The notes under the pieces are model-generated. The model saw only the letters and a list, made by a program, of their open reading frames with translations. It was not told the origin of the DNA and made no database searches. A DNA stretch of 64,000 bases, taken from positions 3,438 through 67,437 of the forward strand of contig SLJO01000037.1 in the NCBI GenBank assembly GCA_007135095.1, given 5' to 3'. A program made the translations under genes and the position numbers. The stretch is from Bacteroidales bacterium (GTDB taxonomy: Bacteria > Bacteroidota > Bacteroidia > Bacteroidales > PUMT01). Shown piece after piece: positions 19,426 to 29,741 of this stretch (position 1 is the stretch's first letter; every line of letters starts with the position of its first letter).

Positions 19426-20355
19426 CTATTCAATTTTTGCAAGGTGCAGCTCAAAAACCAGGGGAGTGTAACCTGCTATTAAGCTTCCCGACCCTGCGGG
19501 TCCGTAAGCAGTGGATGATGGCAGGAGTACCCGTGCCCTTCCCTGGCTTTTCATAAGTTTTACCCCTTCCTCAAAACCCGTGACTGACGAACCGCTTCCG
19601 ATGGCGAAAATATACGGAGTTCCGCCCACATTGGATTCAAATACCCGCCCGTCTGTTAATGACCCGGTATAATAAACATGTACTTTATCAGAGTCTTCAG
19701 GGTGAGTTTCACCGGCACCCTCAAAAAGCTCAATGTAATATATCCCGCTGCTCTCGATTTTTTCAATCACAAGGTGTGCAGAGTCAGCATGATTATAAAG
19801 TGCCAGGTAATCATTAATCAGTTGTTGTTCATATGCTTCCGGGTCTTTTATTACCCTGACAAGCTCAATATCATAAATCAGCGTGGAATAGGCAGGAATG
19901 GTTGCCGTAGACTTGTTGCCGTAAGCAAGATGTGAGGGTATTATCCATTTGGCCGTCCCTCCTTCTTTCATCAGCTGCAGGCCCTCCTGGGCACCCCTGA
20001 AAAGGGATTTCATTTCAATTCTCCGGTCTCCGTAGAGAACTGAGGTAGAATAAATATTGTTTTTGACCGCCAGGCTTTCATCTGTGGTATCAAAGATCCT
20101 GTCATTGATCAGCCGGGCCGTATAGCGGACAACCACCCAGTCATCCTTTTGCGGTACCGCCCCGGCACCTTCGCCGGTAGATATAAAATAAAGCCCGCTG
20201 CTCAGGGGTTCTGTCTCAATATTTTTTGAATCAAGATATTGCCTTAGCAACCGCATTTCTTTTTCCTTATGCAGTTCGCTGCTGTCATCATTACAGGAGA
20301 GAAGAAATATAACGGAGACAGGCAGTAATACGAACCTTGCAATAAAACTCTTCAT
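19426..20355 (-). CDS. FKBP-type PPIase lipoprotein with two FKBP domains
   Basis: Lipobox 'FLLSC'. Two 'F(D/E)..........G..PGF.EG...M..G' FKBP cores. The start is taken at the internal Met. Confidence 0.8.
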   Translation of the reverse strand: MKSFIARFVLLPVSVIFLLSCNDDSSELHKEKEMRLLRQYLDSKNIETEPLSSGLYFISTGEGAGAVPQKDDWVVVRYTARLINDRIFDTTDESLAVKNNIYSTSVLYGDRRIEMKSLFRGAQEGLQLMKEGGTAKWIIPSHLAYGNKSTATIPAYSTLIYDIELVRVIKDPEAYEQQLINDYLALYNHADSAHLVIEKIESSGIYYIELFEGAGETHPEDSDKVHVYYTGSLTDGRVFESNVGGTPYIFAIGSGSSVTGFEEGVKLMKSQGRARVLLPSSTAYGPAGSGSLIAGYTPLVFELHLAKIE

Positions 20356-20430
20356 GGCAACAGGTATATTGTTTAAAATAAGCATATTATGTTTTAAGTA
20401 CCGGTGTTTCAGATAATATAATTACCGGTG

Positions 20431-21369
20431 TCATTGAATGTCCGCTATTTCCAGGTCAAACACCAGGGTTGAATACGGCGGGATCTTCCCCTCTCCGTCG
20501 GCTCCGAAAGCAATATCCCAGGGGATGATTAACCGGCCTTTGGCACCTTTGCGCATCATTTTCACACCCTCTATAAAACCGGGAATATAATAGGCGGAAT
20601 TATACAGATCCAGAACCATCGGGATGCCATGCTGACGGTCGTTCCAGCTCTGGGTTTGATCAAAGACTCTTCCGTCAAGAAGTGATCCCCTGTAATGTAT
20701 GGTAATTTTCTGGTTATCAGATGGAAGATTGCCGGAACCGGACAATTCTTCAACATAATAAAGCCCTGAAGATGTATGGGCATCCGTTTCTATAAGGTTA
20801 TCGTGTAGAAAGGCTTCCAGCAATTCCTTTTCATGCTCTTCAGGGTTGCTTATCACATCAAGAAGTTCCACATCATAAATCACTGTCGAATATGGTGGTA
20901 TTGCTCCTAAATCGGTTGAACCAAAAGCCAGACTGGAGGGGATAATCAATCTTGATTTTTCCCCTGCCCTCATCTTCATCAGTCCTTCCTTTAACCCGGC
21001 AATGCCCAGATTCTCTAGTGAGAATTTGGCAGGCCCGTATAAAACATCATCCCTGACTATTCCATGGATAACGGCAACATCTTTGTCACTTGTTCCGAAA
21101 ACCATTCCGTTTATCAGTGAGGCAGTGAAATATATGTTAACATAATCATTGGGTTCCGGACTTACACCTTCTGATTCCTGCAAAGGCACCAATATCAGTC
21201 CGCTGGTTGTTGGCTGATAGTCAGTATATCCCTTTTGCTCGAGATACTGCTGCAGTTTTATTTGTTCCTCTTCTTTTTTGTTATCCTCTTTCTGACATGC
21301 ATTCAGTATCAGCAAAAAAATCATGAAAAAAAGGAAATACACATTAACTATACCGGTTTTTCTGTTCAT
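20431..21369 (-). CDS. FKBP-type PPIase lipoprotein with two FKBP domains
   Basis: Lipobox 'ILNAC'. Two FKBP cores ('GMVFGTS...LKEGLMKMRAGEK' and 'GRVFDQT...IPGFIEGVKMMRKGAK'). Confidence 0.8.
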   Translation of the reverse strand: MNRKTGIVNVYFLFFMIFLLILNACQKEDNKKEEEQIKLQQYLEQKGYTDYQPTTSGLILVPLQESEGVSPEPNDYVNIYFTASLINGMVFGTSDKDVAVIHGIVRDDVLYGPAKFSLENLGIAGLKEGLMKMRAGEKSRLIIPSSLAFGSTDLGAIPPYSTVIYDVELLDVISNPEEHEKELLEAFLHDNLIETDAHTSSGLYYVEELSGSGNLPSDNQKITIHYRGSLLDGRVFDQTQSWNDRQHGIPMVLDLYNSAYYIPGFIEGVKMMRKGAKGRLIIPWDIAFGADGEGKIPPYSTLVFDLEIADIQ

Positions 21370-21589
21370 CTTTATTTTAATAAGGTTAGCAAAATTTTTA
21401 TTATTTTTTTATGCCAGGGCATCTATAATATCCAATATGATTACTTTTCAATCCGGAAAGTTGCAGTAAACGGCAAAATAAATTAACGAATAATAACATA
21501 CCTTTGTTGTAAACCGGTAATTTAAAATCCGGAATTCAAAATCAGGGAGGGATTTTCCGGAAATGATCAAGGTTAAAGGCAGGCTCTCT

Positions 21590-22213
21590 CTAGCTGCCCG
21601 AAACATCCAAAACTTCAACTTCATATATCAGTACTGCCCTGGGAGGTATTCTGTTCTGGTCACCAATCAGACCATGTCCAAGAAATGGTGGCAGGATGAA
21701 CCTTGCCCTGGCACCCTTTCTCAACATAAGTACACCCTCTTCGAGTCCGGCCTCTACGCCGCCCTGCCCAACCCGGAATGTCTTCAGGCCATCATTTTCA
21801 GAACTGTAACATACTCTGCCGTCAAGCAGGCTCAATTTATATTCAAGGGTAATAGTGCTTCCCCTTTCTATTTCAGGCCCACTGCCATTCTCGTAGACCT
21901 GGTACCCCAGCCCGGTTCTGGTGAAATCCACATTCCAGTTTCTTCTTTCAGCATAGGCGCTGATAAGGTCCATATCCTTGCCCACCAGAAACTGGTTTGC
22001 CCTTACCAGATCCTCTTTCTGAACTCCTGACCGGGGAGTTTCAGGTTCAGTGGCAGAATTACCTGAACAGGATAAGCAGGTCATTATAACAATTAAAAAG
22101 GCAGGGCAATATAACTGATTCAAATTGCAGGCTGCAGACTGAAAAAATTTTTTAAGGACCGCCCGTTTCGTCAGGCAGGTCAGCGGTTTAATCTTGCTGT
22201 TTGGAATCATCTT
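21590..22213 (-). CDS. FKBP-type PPIase lipoprotein with one FKBP domain
   Basis: 'LLDGRVCYSS...GVEAGLEEGVLMLRKGARARFILPP'. An internal start (22213 or 22204) avoids overlap with nrnA. Confidence 0.75.
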   Translation of the reverse strand, partial: KMIPNSKIKPLTCLTKRAVLKKFFQSAACNLNQLYCPAFLIVIMTCLSCSGNSATEPETPRSGVQKEDLVRANQFLVGKDMDLISAYAERRNWNVDFTRTGLGYQVYENGSGPEIERGSTITLEYKLSLLDGRVCYSSENDGLKTFRVGQGGVEAGLEEGVLMLRKGARARFILPPFLGHGLIGDQNRIPPRAVLIYEVEVLDVSGS

Positions 22214-22232
22214 TACCATCTGTTGCAGGAAC

Positions 22233-23297
22233 TTATTTAAGGGTATATTCAGGCAGCAGGGAAACAAACTTATTAATTGTGTCCTGCAGGCTTAGTTTAG
22301 ATTCACCCCCTGAAGCATTTATGTGGCCACCGCCGTCAAAATTCCCGGCAAAGGCGTTGGTATCAAAAGACCCGTTTGACCGAAAAGATATCTTGACATG
22401 ATCATCATTCTCCATAAAAAAGGCAACAAAAATCACACCCTTGACGGACAGGGGATAATTTACAAATCCTTCAGAATCGCCCCTGATATAATTGTACCTT
22501 TTTTTCTCTTCAAGACTCAGGCTCATGTATGCTGTTTTAAATTCAGGCAACACTACCATCTTCCTGTCAAGACAGTATCCGAGCAGTCTGAGCCTGCTTT
22601 CGGTGAAATTATCATAAATCATTGAATAAATATAGTCCTTGTCAATCCCACTTTTCAATAATTCGGCAAGCACCCTGTAAGTTTCGGGCTGCGAGGAGTT
22701 GTAATTAAAAGATCCGGTGTCAGACATCATGCCCGCATAGATGCATGTGGATGACACATTATCCACAAGTGCCGGGTTTCCTACTGACTCGATGAACCTG
22801 AAAACCAGCTCGGCAGTCGAACTTGAAAGGGTGTCGGATATAATCACGTCAGCAAATTCCGCGGGATGGGGATGGTGATCAATCATGATCTTAAAGGCTT
22901 GTGATCCGGTTATAATTTCCTCTGCCTTGCCGACCCTTCCGGGTGTATTAAAGTCCAGGAAAAACATCAGGTCAGCCTCATCAAGGGCTTTTGTAGCAGC
23001 AGATTTTTTCTTGTCAAAAATAATAATATCATCACTGCCAGGCAGCCATTTTAGAAAATCAGGGTACTGGTTGGGCATCACAACACTGACACTTTTTCCT
23101 GTTTTTCTGAGATAGTGATAAAGTGCCAGGGAAGATCCCAGTGCATCTCCGTCAGGATTAACATGACTTATTATAACCACCGACTGTGCACTGATGATGC
23201 GGCCGGCAATTATTTCAGATAATTGCTGGTCCGTAACTTCAGGGATATTTACGTTATTAAAAATATTCACTTTTTTGTTGCATTTAGTAAAAACCAA
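22233..23297 (-). CDS. nrnA: DHH/DHHA1 phosphoesterase (NrnA-like oligoribonuclease/pAp phosphatase)
   Basis: 'ISHVNPDGDALGS', 'IDHHPH' and 'GGGHINASG' are the DHH and DHHA1 motifs. Confidence 0.85.
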   Translation of the reverse strand: MVFTKCNKKVNIFNNVNIPEVTDQQLSEIIAGRIISAQSVVIISHVNPDGDALGSSLALYHYLRKTGKSVSVVMPNQYPDFLKWLPGSDDIIIFDKKKSAATKALDEADLMFFLDFNTPGRVGKAEEIITGSQAFKIMIDHHPHPAEFADVIISDTLSSSTAELVFRFIESVGNPALVDNVSSTCIYAGMMSDTGSFNYNSSQPETYRVLAELLKSGIDKDYIYSMIYDNFTESRLRLLGYCLDRKMVVLPEFKTAYMSLSLEEKKRYNYIRGDSEGFVNYPLSVKGVIFVAFFMENDDHVKISFRSNGSFDTNAFAGNFDGGGHINASGGESKLSLQDTINKFVSLLPEYTLK

Positions 23298-23476
23298 TAC
23301 GATCTTTACAGGATAATCAATGAGATCAATTATTCCGGTCGGATCCGGACTTATTTGTTACAATACAGACATATCTGCGAAAATACATTTTTTAAAGGAA
23401 AACCGTACATCAGTTATACATTTACTGTTTTGAGGTTCATTGTATATTGCCATTCAACGGGTATAAATAAATAGTT

Positions 23477-23896
23477 ATGCATAAGGAAATTACATTAACA
23501 ATTATCAAGCCACATGCGGTAAGAGATAATAATACCGCAGCCATACTCACCATGATGAGCCAGGCAGGATTCCGCATCTCTGCATTGAAAATGATCAGAT
23601 TATCGACATTCCGTACCGGAGAGTTTTATGCTGAACACGAGGGAAAATCCTTTTGTGAGCAATTGGTTGAGATGATGTCGTCGGGACCCATAATAGTAGC
23701 AATTCTTGAGAAAGATAATGCTGTTTCCGACCTGCGGCAACTGGTGGGAAATACTGATCCCGAAAAAGCGGCCCCCGGAACCATACGCAGGCTTTTTGGC
23801 AAGTCGATAAGGGAAAACGCGATACATGCATCCGATGGAACAGACAATGCAATAAGGGAGAGTGCCTTTTTCTTTTCCGATATGGAGAGATTTTAG
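23477..23896 (+). CDS. ndk: Nucleoside-diphosphate kinase
   Basis: 'TLTIIKPHAV' and 'NAIHASD' are Ndk motifs. Confidence 0.9.
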   Translation: MHKEITLTIIKPHAVRDNNTAAILTMMSQAGFRISALKMIRLSTFRTGEFYAEHEGKSFCEQLVEMMSSGPIIVAILEKDNAVSDLRQLVGNTDPEKAAPGTIRRLFGKSIRENAIHASDGTDNAIRESAFFFSDMERF

Positions 23897-23928
23897 TTTT
23901 CCGGAAAATTAACCCTGTCAGGGGCAGG

Positions 23929-24732
23929 TTATATAACTATATTAAATTGATCCCAGTCTTTTCCTGCCTGCAGTTTGTTCCTGTTTTCCATTAAATCTGT
24001 ACGGGAAAGGGTAACTGTCTTTATCGTCACCTGGCCTTCATCGCATATTGAGATGATATTCCCTGTTGAACTTACAGCCACAGAATTTCCTGAATAGCAA
24101 GTATCATTGCCATCAGTGCCAACCCTGTTGACCCCGACTACATAAGCCTGGTTCTCAATTGCTCTTGCTGAAAGAAGTACAGACCATGCCCTGTTCCTTA
24201 CTGCAGGCCAGTTGGCGACATAAATCAGGGCATCGTAATCCCACCGGGAATCTGAATAACGGTTTTTACTCCATACAGGAAAACGCAGATCATAACAGAT
24301 AAGGGGGCAGATATTCCATCCCCTGAGCTCCGTAATGAGTTTGCTTTTCCCTGCGTTATAACTTCGATGCTCTTTTCCCATCCTGAACATATGTCTTTTA
24401 TCATACCACGAATAAGAACCATCAGGTTTCATCCATATAAGTCTGTTATAAAAACATTTCTTTTCTTCAATAATAATGCTTCCTGTTATAACGCACCGGT
24501 ACTCATCTGCAAGGCTTGCCATCCACTGCACTGTCTTACCGTCCGGTTTCTCGGCATGCCTGGAAGGTTTCATTGAAAACCCCGTCGTGAACATCTCCGG
24601 GAGAATAATCAGATCTGTCTTATCTTTGAGCAAGCCGAGCAAACCCTCATACATTGAAAGATTATCATCTATCCTTTCCCAGATAATATCCGGCTGAACC
24701 ATAGTAACAAACAGGTCTTCTTCCATATTCAA
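23929..24732 (-). CDS. Carbon-nitrogen hydrolase family amidohydrolase (YafV/omega-amidase-like)
   Basis: 'ILPEMFTTGF' (catalytic Glu) and 'ICYDLRFP' (catalytic Cys). Confidence 0.8.
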   Translation of the reverse strand: MNMEEDLFVTMVQPDIIWERIDDNLSMYEGLLGLLKDKTDLIILPEMFTTGFSMKPSRHAEKPDGKTVQWMASLADEYRCVITGSIIIEEKKCFYNRLIWMKPDGSYSWYDKRHMFRMGKEHRSYNAGKSKLITELRGWNICPLICYDLRFPVWSKNRYSDSRWDYDALIYVANWPAVRNRAWSVLLSARAIENQAYVVGVNRVGTDGNDTCYSGNSVAVSSTGNIISICDEGQVTIKTVTLSRTDLMENRNKLQAGKDWDQFNIVI

Positions 24733-24737
24733 CAGGT

Positions 24738-25355
24738 TTATCCGATATCTCCTACAGAAAACTTGTCAGGATGCTTCGGGGTAATATTCTTGTAGAATTT
24801 TTTTATCTTCAGCATGTCTGTATCAGCATCCTCTGAAGGGTAGAAAAGGTCTCCCACACCCACTACTTTTTTTTCATAGTCAAAAAAGCCCGGTAATACA
24901 GGAACATTAGCACCTGTAGCGATTCTATGGAATCCGGTTTTCCATTCACTGACCTTTTTCCTGGTCCCCTCGGGGGCCAGGGTAAGAATAAATGAATCGG
25001 ACCGCTCAAATTGCCTGATCATCTGATTTACAATATCACTTTTTTCCCGGCGATCGACCGGAATGCCCCCCAGGGCTCGTAACAGAATTCCCAAAGGAAA
25101 AAAGAAAAGCTCTTTTTTAATCATTACGCCGGACTTTATCCCTGCAGACATAAAATACAACTGTCCGACAACAAAGTCCCAGTTGCTTGTATGCGGTGCC
25201 GCAACCACAACATACTTCTTTTCTGCAGGAATTACACCCACCAGCTTCCACCCCCATATTTTAAGGATATGCCTGCTTAATTTCCTGATCATTATTTTTT
25301 TAATTATCAGGTAAAAAAACAAAAATCTTTTGATGCGGCAAAATATATCAGCCAT
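24738..25355 (-). CDS. PlsC-family acyltransferase
   Basis: 'APHTSNWDF' is the HxxxxD motif and 'LAPEGTR' is present. The start is ambiguous (Met at 25355 or 25292). The ORF-track start 25466 would overlap the upstream gene. Confidence 0.7.
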   Translation of the reverse strand: MADIFCRIKRFLFFYLIIKKIMIRKLSRHILKIWGWKLVGVIPAEKKYVVVAAPHTSNWDFVVGQLYFMSAGIKSGVMIKKELFFFPLGILLRALGGIPVDRREKSDIVNQMIRQFERSDSFILTLAPEGTRKKVSEWKTGFHRIATGANVPVLPGFFDYEKKVVGVGDLFYPSEDADTDMLKIKKFYKNITPKHPDKFSVGDIG

Positions 25356-25428
25356 AGTGGAGGGAAATACCCGCCGGCAGGCAACAAACGGTGAGGCAAA
25401 CAGATGAACACTTTTTGAACCTCTCAGG

Positions 25429-26865
25429 CTATCCGGCGGTTGAAGAGGAATCCCTGAAGCCCTCACGGTCCATTGCGCCCCAGCCTCTTTTACCCCTGAG
25501 GTAATCCCAGTTACCTTTGATTGCCCATACCAGGGTGAGCGGATGAAAGAAGAATGGCTCCAGGAATGCCGTTCCGATCAGCTTGAGCACATCTCTTTTT
25601 TTCTCGTATTTATGGTAGGTCATTTCCTCAAACAATACTGCCCAAATCGATAACGACACGGCAAATGTGTACACAAAGGTGAATAGCAGGATCACAAACG
25701 GCCAGTTTGGAGTACTGAAAATGATGTAGAAGAGGAAGAAAATCAAGGCAAAGAATTCGATTATGGGTGCCAACCACTCGAAAAAGAACCAGTAAGGATA
25801 GCCAAGCATTCCAAAATTTTTATACTTGCGGTTTAAAAATATTTTTTTATGGGTAAAAAGAGTTTCTGCAGTTCCCCGGGCCCACCTCCTCCTCTGCCTC
25901 CCGAGTATCTTCAGGGTAGAGGGAACCTCGGTCCAGCAAAGGGGGTCGGGTATATATGTAACTTCATATTTCTCTCCTTTTTCTGTCATGTACCTTCGCA
26001 TTCTCACAACGAGTTCCATATCCTCACCCACGGTATCAATACTGTAGCCTCCGCAGTTGATGACTGTTTCCCTGTCAAACATTCCGAGCGCCCCTGAAAT
26101 GAGCAGCAGTCCGTCAAGCCTGGCCCATGCCATACGGCCCATCAGGAATGCCCGGGTATATTCGAGTACCTGCACCCTGGCAAGAAACCTTTCGGGTAGA
26201 TTTATCCTTTTGATCTGTCCGCCCTTAATATCGCATGAATTTGCAATCCTGATCACTCCTCCTGTTCCTATGATCTTCCTGTCGGTTTCCTCCAAAAAGG
26301 GTTTTACCATTTTAAGAAGGGCATCGGGCTCCATTATTGAATCAACATCAATGCTGCATACAAGCTGTTTGTGGGAGACATTTATGCCGGCATTAAGAGC
26401 ATCCGACTTTCCTCCGTTAACCTTGTCAATAATGGTAAGATTATGAAATGAGCGGTTTTTCGACTTGTATACTCCTCTGATCCGTCGGCATGGTATCCTG
26501 TAATCAAAAAAATAATTGACTTTTTCAAGATCATAGGCTTTTATGACCTTGTCGAGTGAATCATCGGTGCTTCCGTCGTTTACAACAATCACTTCAAAAT
26601 TATTGTAATATAGAGACAATAATGCCCTGACATTTTCAACAATTGTTTTGGATTCGTTAAAAGCAGGAGCAACCACGGAAATTGAGGGAGTCAGCGGTGC
26701 AAGTATTATTGAATTATAATCGACATAGCTGTTTTTCCTGAGATATCTGCGGAGTGTTACCGCAGAAAATACGGCAAGCAGCACGTAAGCCAGAAAAACG
26801 GATATAGTAATCAGCAGTACGATATTTGTAAGGAACCAGCCCAGAATTTCGAATATTTGCTGCAT
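25429..26865 (-). CDS. Processive family-2 glycosyltransferase (PgaC/BcsA/NfrB-class polysaccharide synthase)
   Basis: N-terminal TM segment, 'VVNDGSTDDS', 'SIDVDS' (DxD), 'GEDMEL', 'QRRRWARG' (QxxRW) and several C-terminal TM helices. The ATG at 26865 lies 1 nt after the upstream stop. Confidence 0.8.
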   Translation of the reverse strand: MQQIFEILGWFLTNIVLLITISVFLAYVLLAVFSAVTLRRYLRKNSYVDYNSIILAPLTPSISVVAPAFNESKTIVENVRALLSLYYNNFEVIVVNDGSTDDSLDKVIKAYDLEKVNYFFDYRIPCRRIRGVYKSKNRSFHNLTIIDKVNGGKSDALNAGINVSHKQLVCSIDVDSIMEPDALLKMVKPFLEETDRKIIGTGGVIRIANSCDIKGGQIKRINLPERFLARVQVLEYTRAFLMGRMAWARLDGLLLISGALGMFDRETVINCGGYSIDTVGEDMELVVRMRRYMTEKGEKYEVTYIPDPLCWTEVPSTLKILGRQRRRWARGTAETLFTHKKIFLNRKYKNFGMLGYPYWFFFEWLAPIIEFFALIFFLFYIIFSTPNWPFVILLFTFVYTFAVSLSIWAVLFEEMTYHKYEKKRDVLKLIGTAFLEPFFFHPLTLVWAIKGNWDYLRGKRGWGAMDREGFRDSSSTAG

Positions 26866-26866
26866 T

Positions 26867-28315
26867 TTAAATTCTTTTGTCAAGCACGTGTTTAATGATA
26901 ATCATATAATTCTTATAATCGGAATACATTAATTTTTCAAGAGCCCTCTGGCCGGCATCCCCCATGTCTCTGACTGCCTTTGCTGCTTCAATCTGCAGCT
27001 GAACATCATCTTCCTTATCAATCACCATTATCAGAAATTTCAGGGCAGATTCATCAGAAATCCTGTTCAGTGCAACCACTATGGCCAGCTGGTTTTCATA
27101 TACCTCATATTTATAGTGATGCTTCAGGGCAGGTACCGCACCTTTTATTTTAAGCTCACCCAGAATAAATATTGCAGTTTTTCTTATTTCAGTTTCTTTA
27201 TTGTTCAGCAGCTCAACAACCTGCTTCCATGCATGTCTCTGGTTAAATACCTTTATCATATTCAGTGCAAAAATGACAACTGTCCGGTTATCTGAATTCA
27301 GCCACTTCATGAAATCGGGCACCTCAAGATTATGACCGGTAATCATTTCATGAACATTCATCTGTTCCCATTTTGTAAAAGGCCGCTGAATATGATCCAG
27401 GAAAGCAAACCTGTCGTTATCGTTCAGGCGGACCAGAGCCAGCTGGGCTTCCATGCGGAGTATGCTGTTGTTGCTTTGCAGGCAGCGTATAATTTCATCA
27501 TTGGCAACCTTTATATTCATAAAAGCAAGTTCACGGAACCCCTTTATTTTAATATGCCATTTTTTACTAAATGCCTTTCGCACCGAATCCTTGTTTAGGT
27601 TAAGTTTGTTGTAAAGGTCACGTAAACTATCGGCATGTTCACCGGAAAGGTTCACTATCAGATCCTTCATTTCTTCCAAGAGGATTTGCCTTTTAAAGTT
27701 ATCGGCTACAATTTTATTTATTTTCCCGGGTTTGGCATCAAGTCCATCGTCACTGAATAAATAATCCATCAGCAGCAGCTGGTATTTTTCCTTGAGTACC
27801 TGCCTGAATCTTGCCTCTCCTTCCATTTGATTCCGGTGAAAAAGTATTATTATCAGCACAAGGATCATTGAGATGATTGAATAAATAATCACAAGGAGCA
27901 AAATCTTTATAAGTGCTGAAGACTTTTCAAAATCCACATAGGGAATAAAAAACAATTTACCCCCTTCAGTTCTCGCCATGATCTCTTCGATTCGCTCAAA
28001 TGGTATACTTTCCCAGGGACGCTGATCAATGGCCTGCTGATAGAAATCAACAGCCCTGTCATATTGCCGGTATTCATATGCCCACTCAGCTTTTCGTATA
28101 AGCATCCTGTAAGTTTCTGCCGGATCAGTCTCCTGGTATATTTTTGACAGGGAATCTGCTACTGAAAAAGAATATTTCCCGTTAATTACATTGCCGGCCG
28201 GATCTTCTGCAGTGGCAAAACCATTTCCGGAAAACAATATAAAGATGAAAAGCACAGATATTATGAAAAAAAAATATCTGCGGAGATTGAACTGAATATT
28301 TTCACCGATTCTCAT
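26867..28315 (-). CDS. Membrane protein with a C-terminal HEAT-repeat domain
   Basis: Two hydrophobic segments (aa ~15-35 and ~135-160). The C-terminal half has repeated 'R..A...L..L.D..A...L' HEAT/PBS-lyase-like units. Confidence 0.6.
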   Translation of the reverse strand: MRIGENIQFNLRRYFFFIISVLFIFILFSGNGFATAEDPAGNVINGKYSFSVADSLSKIYQETDPAETYRMLIRKAEWAYEYRQYDRAVDFYQQAIDQRPWESIPFERIEEIMARTEGGKLFFIPYVDFEKSSALIKILLLVIIYSIISMILVLIIILFHRNQMEGEARFRQVLKEKYQLLLMDYLFSDDGLDAKPGKINKIVADNFKRQILLEEMKDLIVNLSGEHADSLRDLYNKLNLNKDSVRKAFSKKWHIKIKGFRELAFMNIKVANDEIIRCLQSNNSILRMEAQLALVRLNDNDRFAFLDHIQRPFTKWEQMNVHEMITGHNLEVPDFMKWLNSDNRTVVIFALNMIKVFNQRHAWKQVVELLNNKETEIRKTAIFILGELKIKGAVPALKHHYKYEVYENQLAIVVALNRISDESALKFLIMVIDKEDDVQLQIEAAKAVRDMGDAGQRALEKLMYSDYKNYMIIIKHVLDKRI

Positions 28316-28436
28316 CTTTTATTGCAATCTTTATTACCAGACAGCCTGCCCGGCCTTTTCTGAACCTCACGCTGACTGCAACTTATGCTATTTAACCGGA
28401 AAGCTGCAGGTTCTGCCCTAATTTCATTGACCCGTT

Positions 28437-29729
28437 TCATAAATAATACCTGAGTTCGAAATTGAATATCCAGCGCCCCCGGTAGGAACTGTCCTGATAT
28501 TCCTCCCGCCCATAGCGCAAACTGCTTTTAATAAGGTAGTCAGAACCTATTCCTTTGCTTAATTCACCCCCTATACTGGTTGATTTAAGATATACCCTGT
28601 CTGTGAGATCCGCCAGGGTTTCATCAGGAGACAACCCGAATCCAATAATAATGCCGGCGTAATCATCGGCCGTACTGAAGTACTTTCTGGCGTTAAAATA
28701 CCATGAGGCTGACACACCTTCATCTCCGGGGAGTATGTAGGTTCGCAGGGAAAACCAAAGGTCGGCATAATATTTACCCAATGAGCCTGTATAAAACATG
28801 TATGTTTCATCCCAATGCAAAAAACGCATTCCCAGTGAAGCCTCAAAACTTTGGGGCAGCTTTCTGAAAATCTCAAAAGCCCCCCGGTGCCTGGGAAATA
28901 TCGTGCCTGCTGAATAAGCATAATTTATAAACAGGTATCCTTCAGGAGATAATTCCGGGTAGTAGTCTGCCTCATATTGCAACGAAGGGTACCGGGTCAT
29001 CCCGGTACCATCAATATAGGTATTGGCAAAATTCAGTTTTCCTGTCAGGGGTCCATGTCTGGTGTAATATGAATAGCCGGCAGTGCCGATGTGCATGTGC
29101 CTCGAAAAGGGCTCTTCAATGAACTCCCCGTGATAGCCTCCCAGGAGATAATTACTTTCACGGTAATGGTAATAGCCGGGAGCTGACATAAGCTTTTCCA
29201 ATTCCCGGGCATCCTCATTATCAGGATTGACCCCCAGAAGGTAATCGAGGGTCTCTCCTGCCTCTTTAAGGTTCCCGTCATGGTAATGGGCCTTTGATTT
29301 TTTTAACAGAAACAATTCATCATCAGGATGACAGACAAGAGCTTTGATGGCTGTTTCAACGGCACTTTTATAATTACCCTCCCATATCTCAATATCAGTT
29401 AAGGCAGACAGTGCATCATGATAACAGCTATCCACTGAAATAACCTTGTCGATATAAGCCCGCGATGAATCATATTTTTCCTCCCAGGCAAATATTCTTG
29501 CTATCAGAACATTTGCATCGGCATAACCGGGGTTCCGGTTGAGTAAACAGGTGGCTGCATCAAGGGCTTTTTCCAGCTCCCCGGCAAAAGCCAGGTCGCG
29601 TGCATACAGGTATAAACTGTCATCTGAGAAATGGTTATGCCGGATGGACTCCTGCCGGGCCATTGTGACAGGCGGGAATAATACCGAAACCGTAATTATT
29701 ATGAGCAGAGGCAGTGAATATTTAGGCAT
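28437..29729 (-). CDS. TPR-repeat protein with a putative C-terminal outer-membrane beta-barrel (YaiO/PgaA-like architecture)
   Basis: Signal peptide, then ~180 aa of TPR-like helices. The C-terminal ~250 aa is rich in alternating aromatic/Gly strands and ends 'FNFELRYYL'. The YaiO assignment is from memory of the family and is not verified. Confidence 0.55.
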   Translation of the reverse strand: MPKYSLPLLIIITVSVLFPPVTMARQESIRHNHFSDDSLYLYARDLAFAGELEKALDAATCLLNRNPGYADANVLIARIFAWEEKYDSSRAYIDKVISVDSCYHDALSALTDIEIWEGNYKSAVETAIKALVCHPDDELFLLKKSKAHYHDGNLKEAGETLDYLLGVNPDNEDARELEKLMSAPGYYHYRESNYLLGGYHGEFIEEPFSRHMHIGTAGYSYYTRHGPLTGKLNFANTYIDGTGMTRYPSLQYEADYYPELSPEGYLFINYAYSAGTIFPRHRGAFEIFRKLPQSFEASLGMRFLHWDETYMFYTGSLGKYYADLWFSLRTYILPGDEGVSASWYFNARKYFSTADDYAGIIIGFGLSPDETLADLTDRVYLKSTSIGGELSKGIGSDYLIKSSLRYGREEYQDSSYRGRWIFNFELRYYL

Positions 29730-29741
29730 ATAACAACTAAT

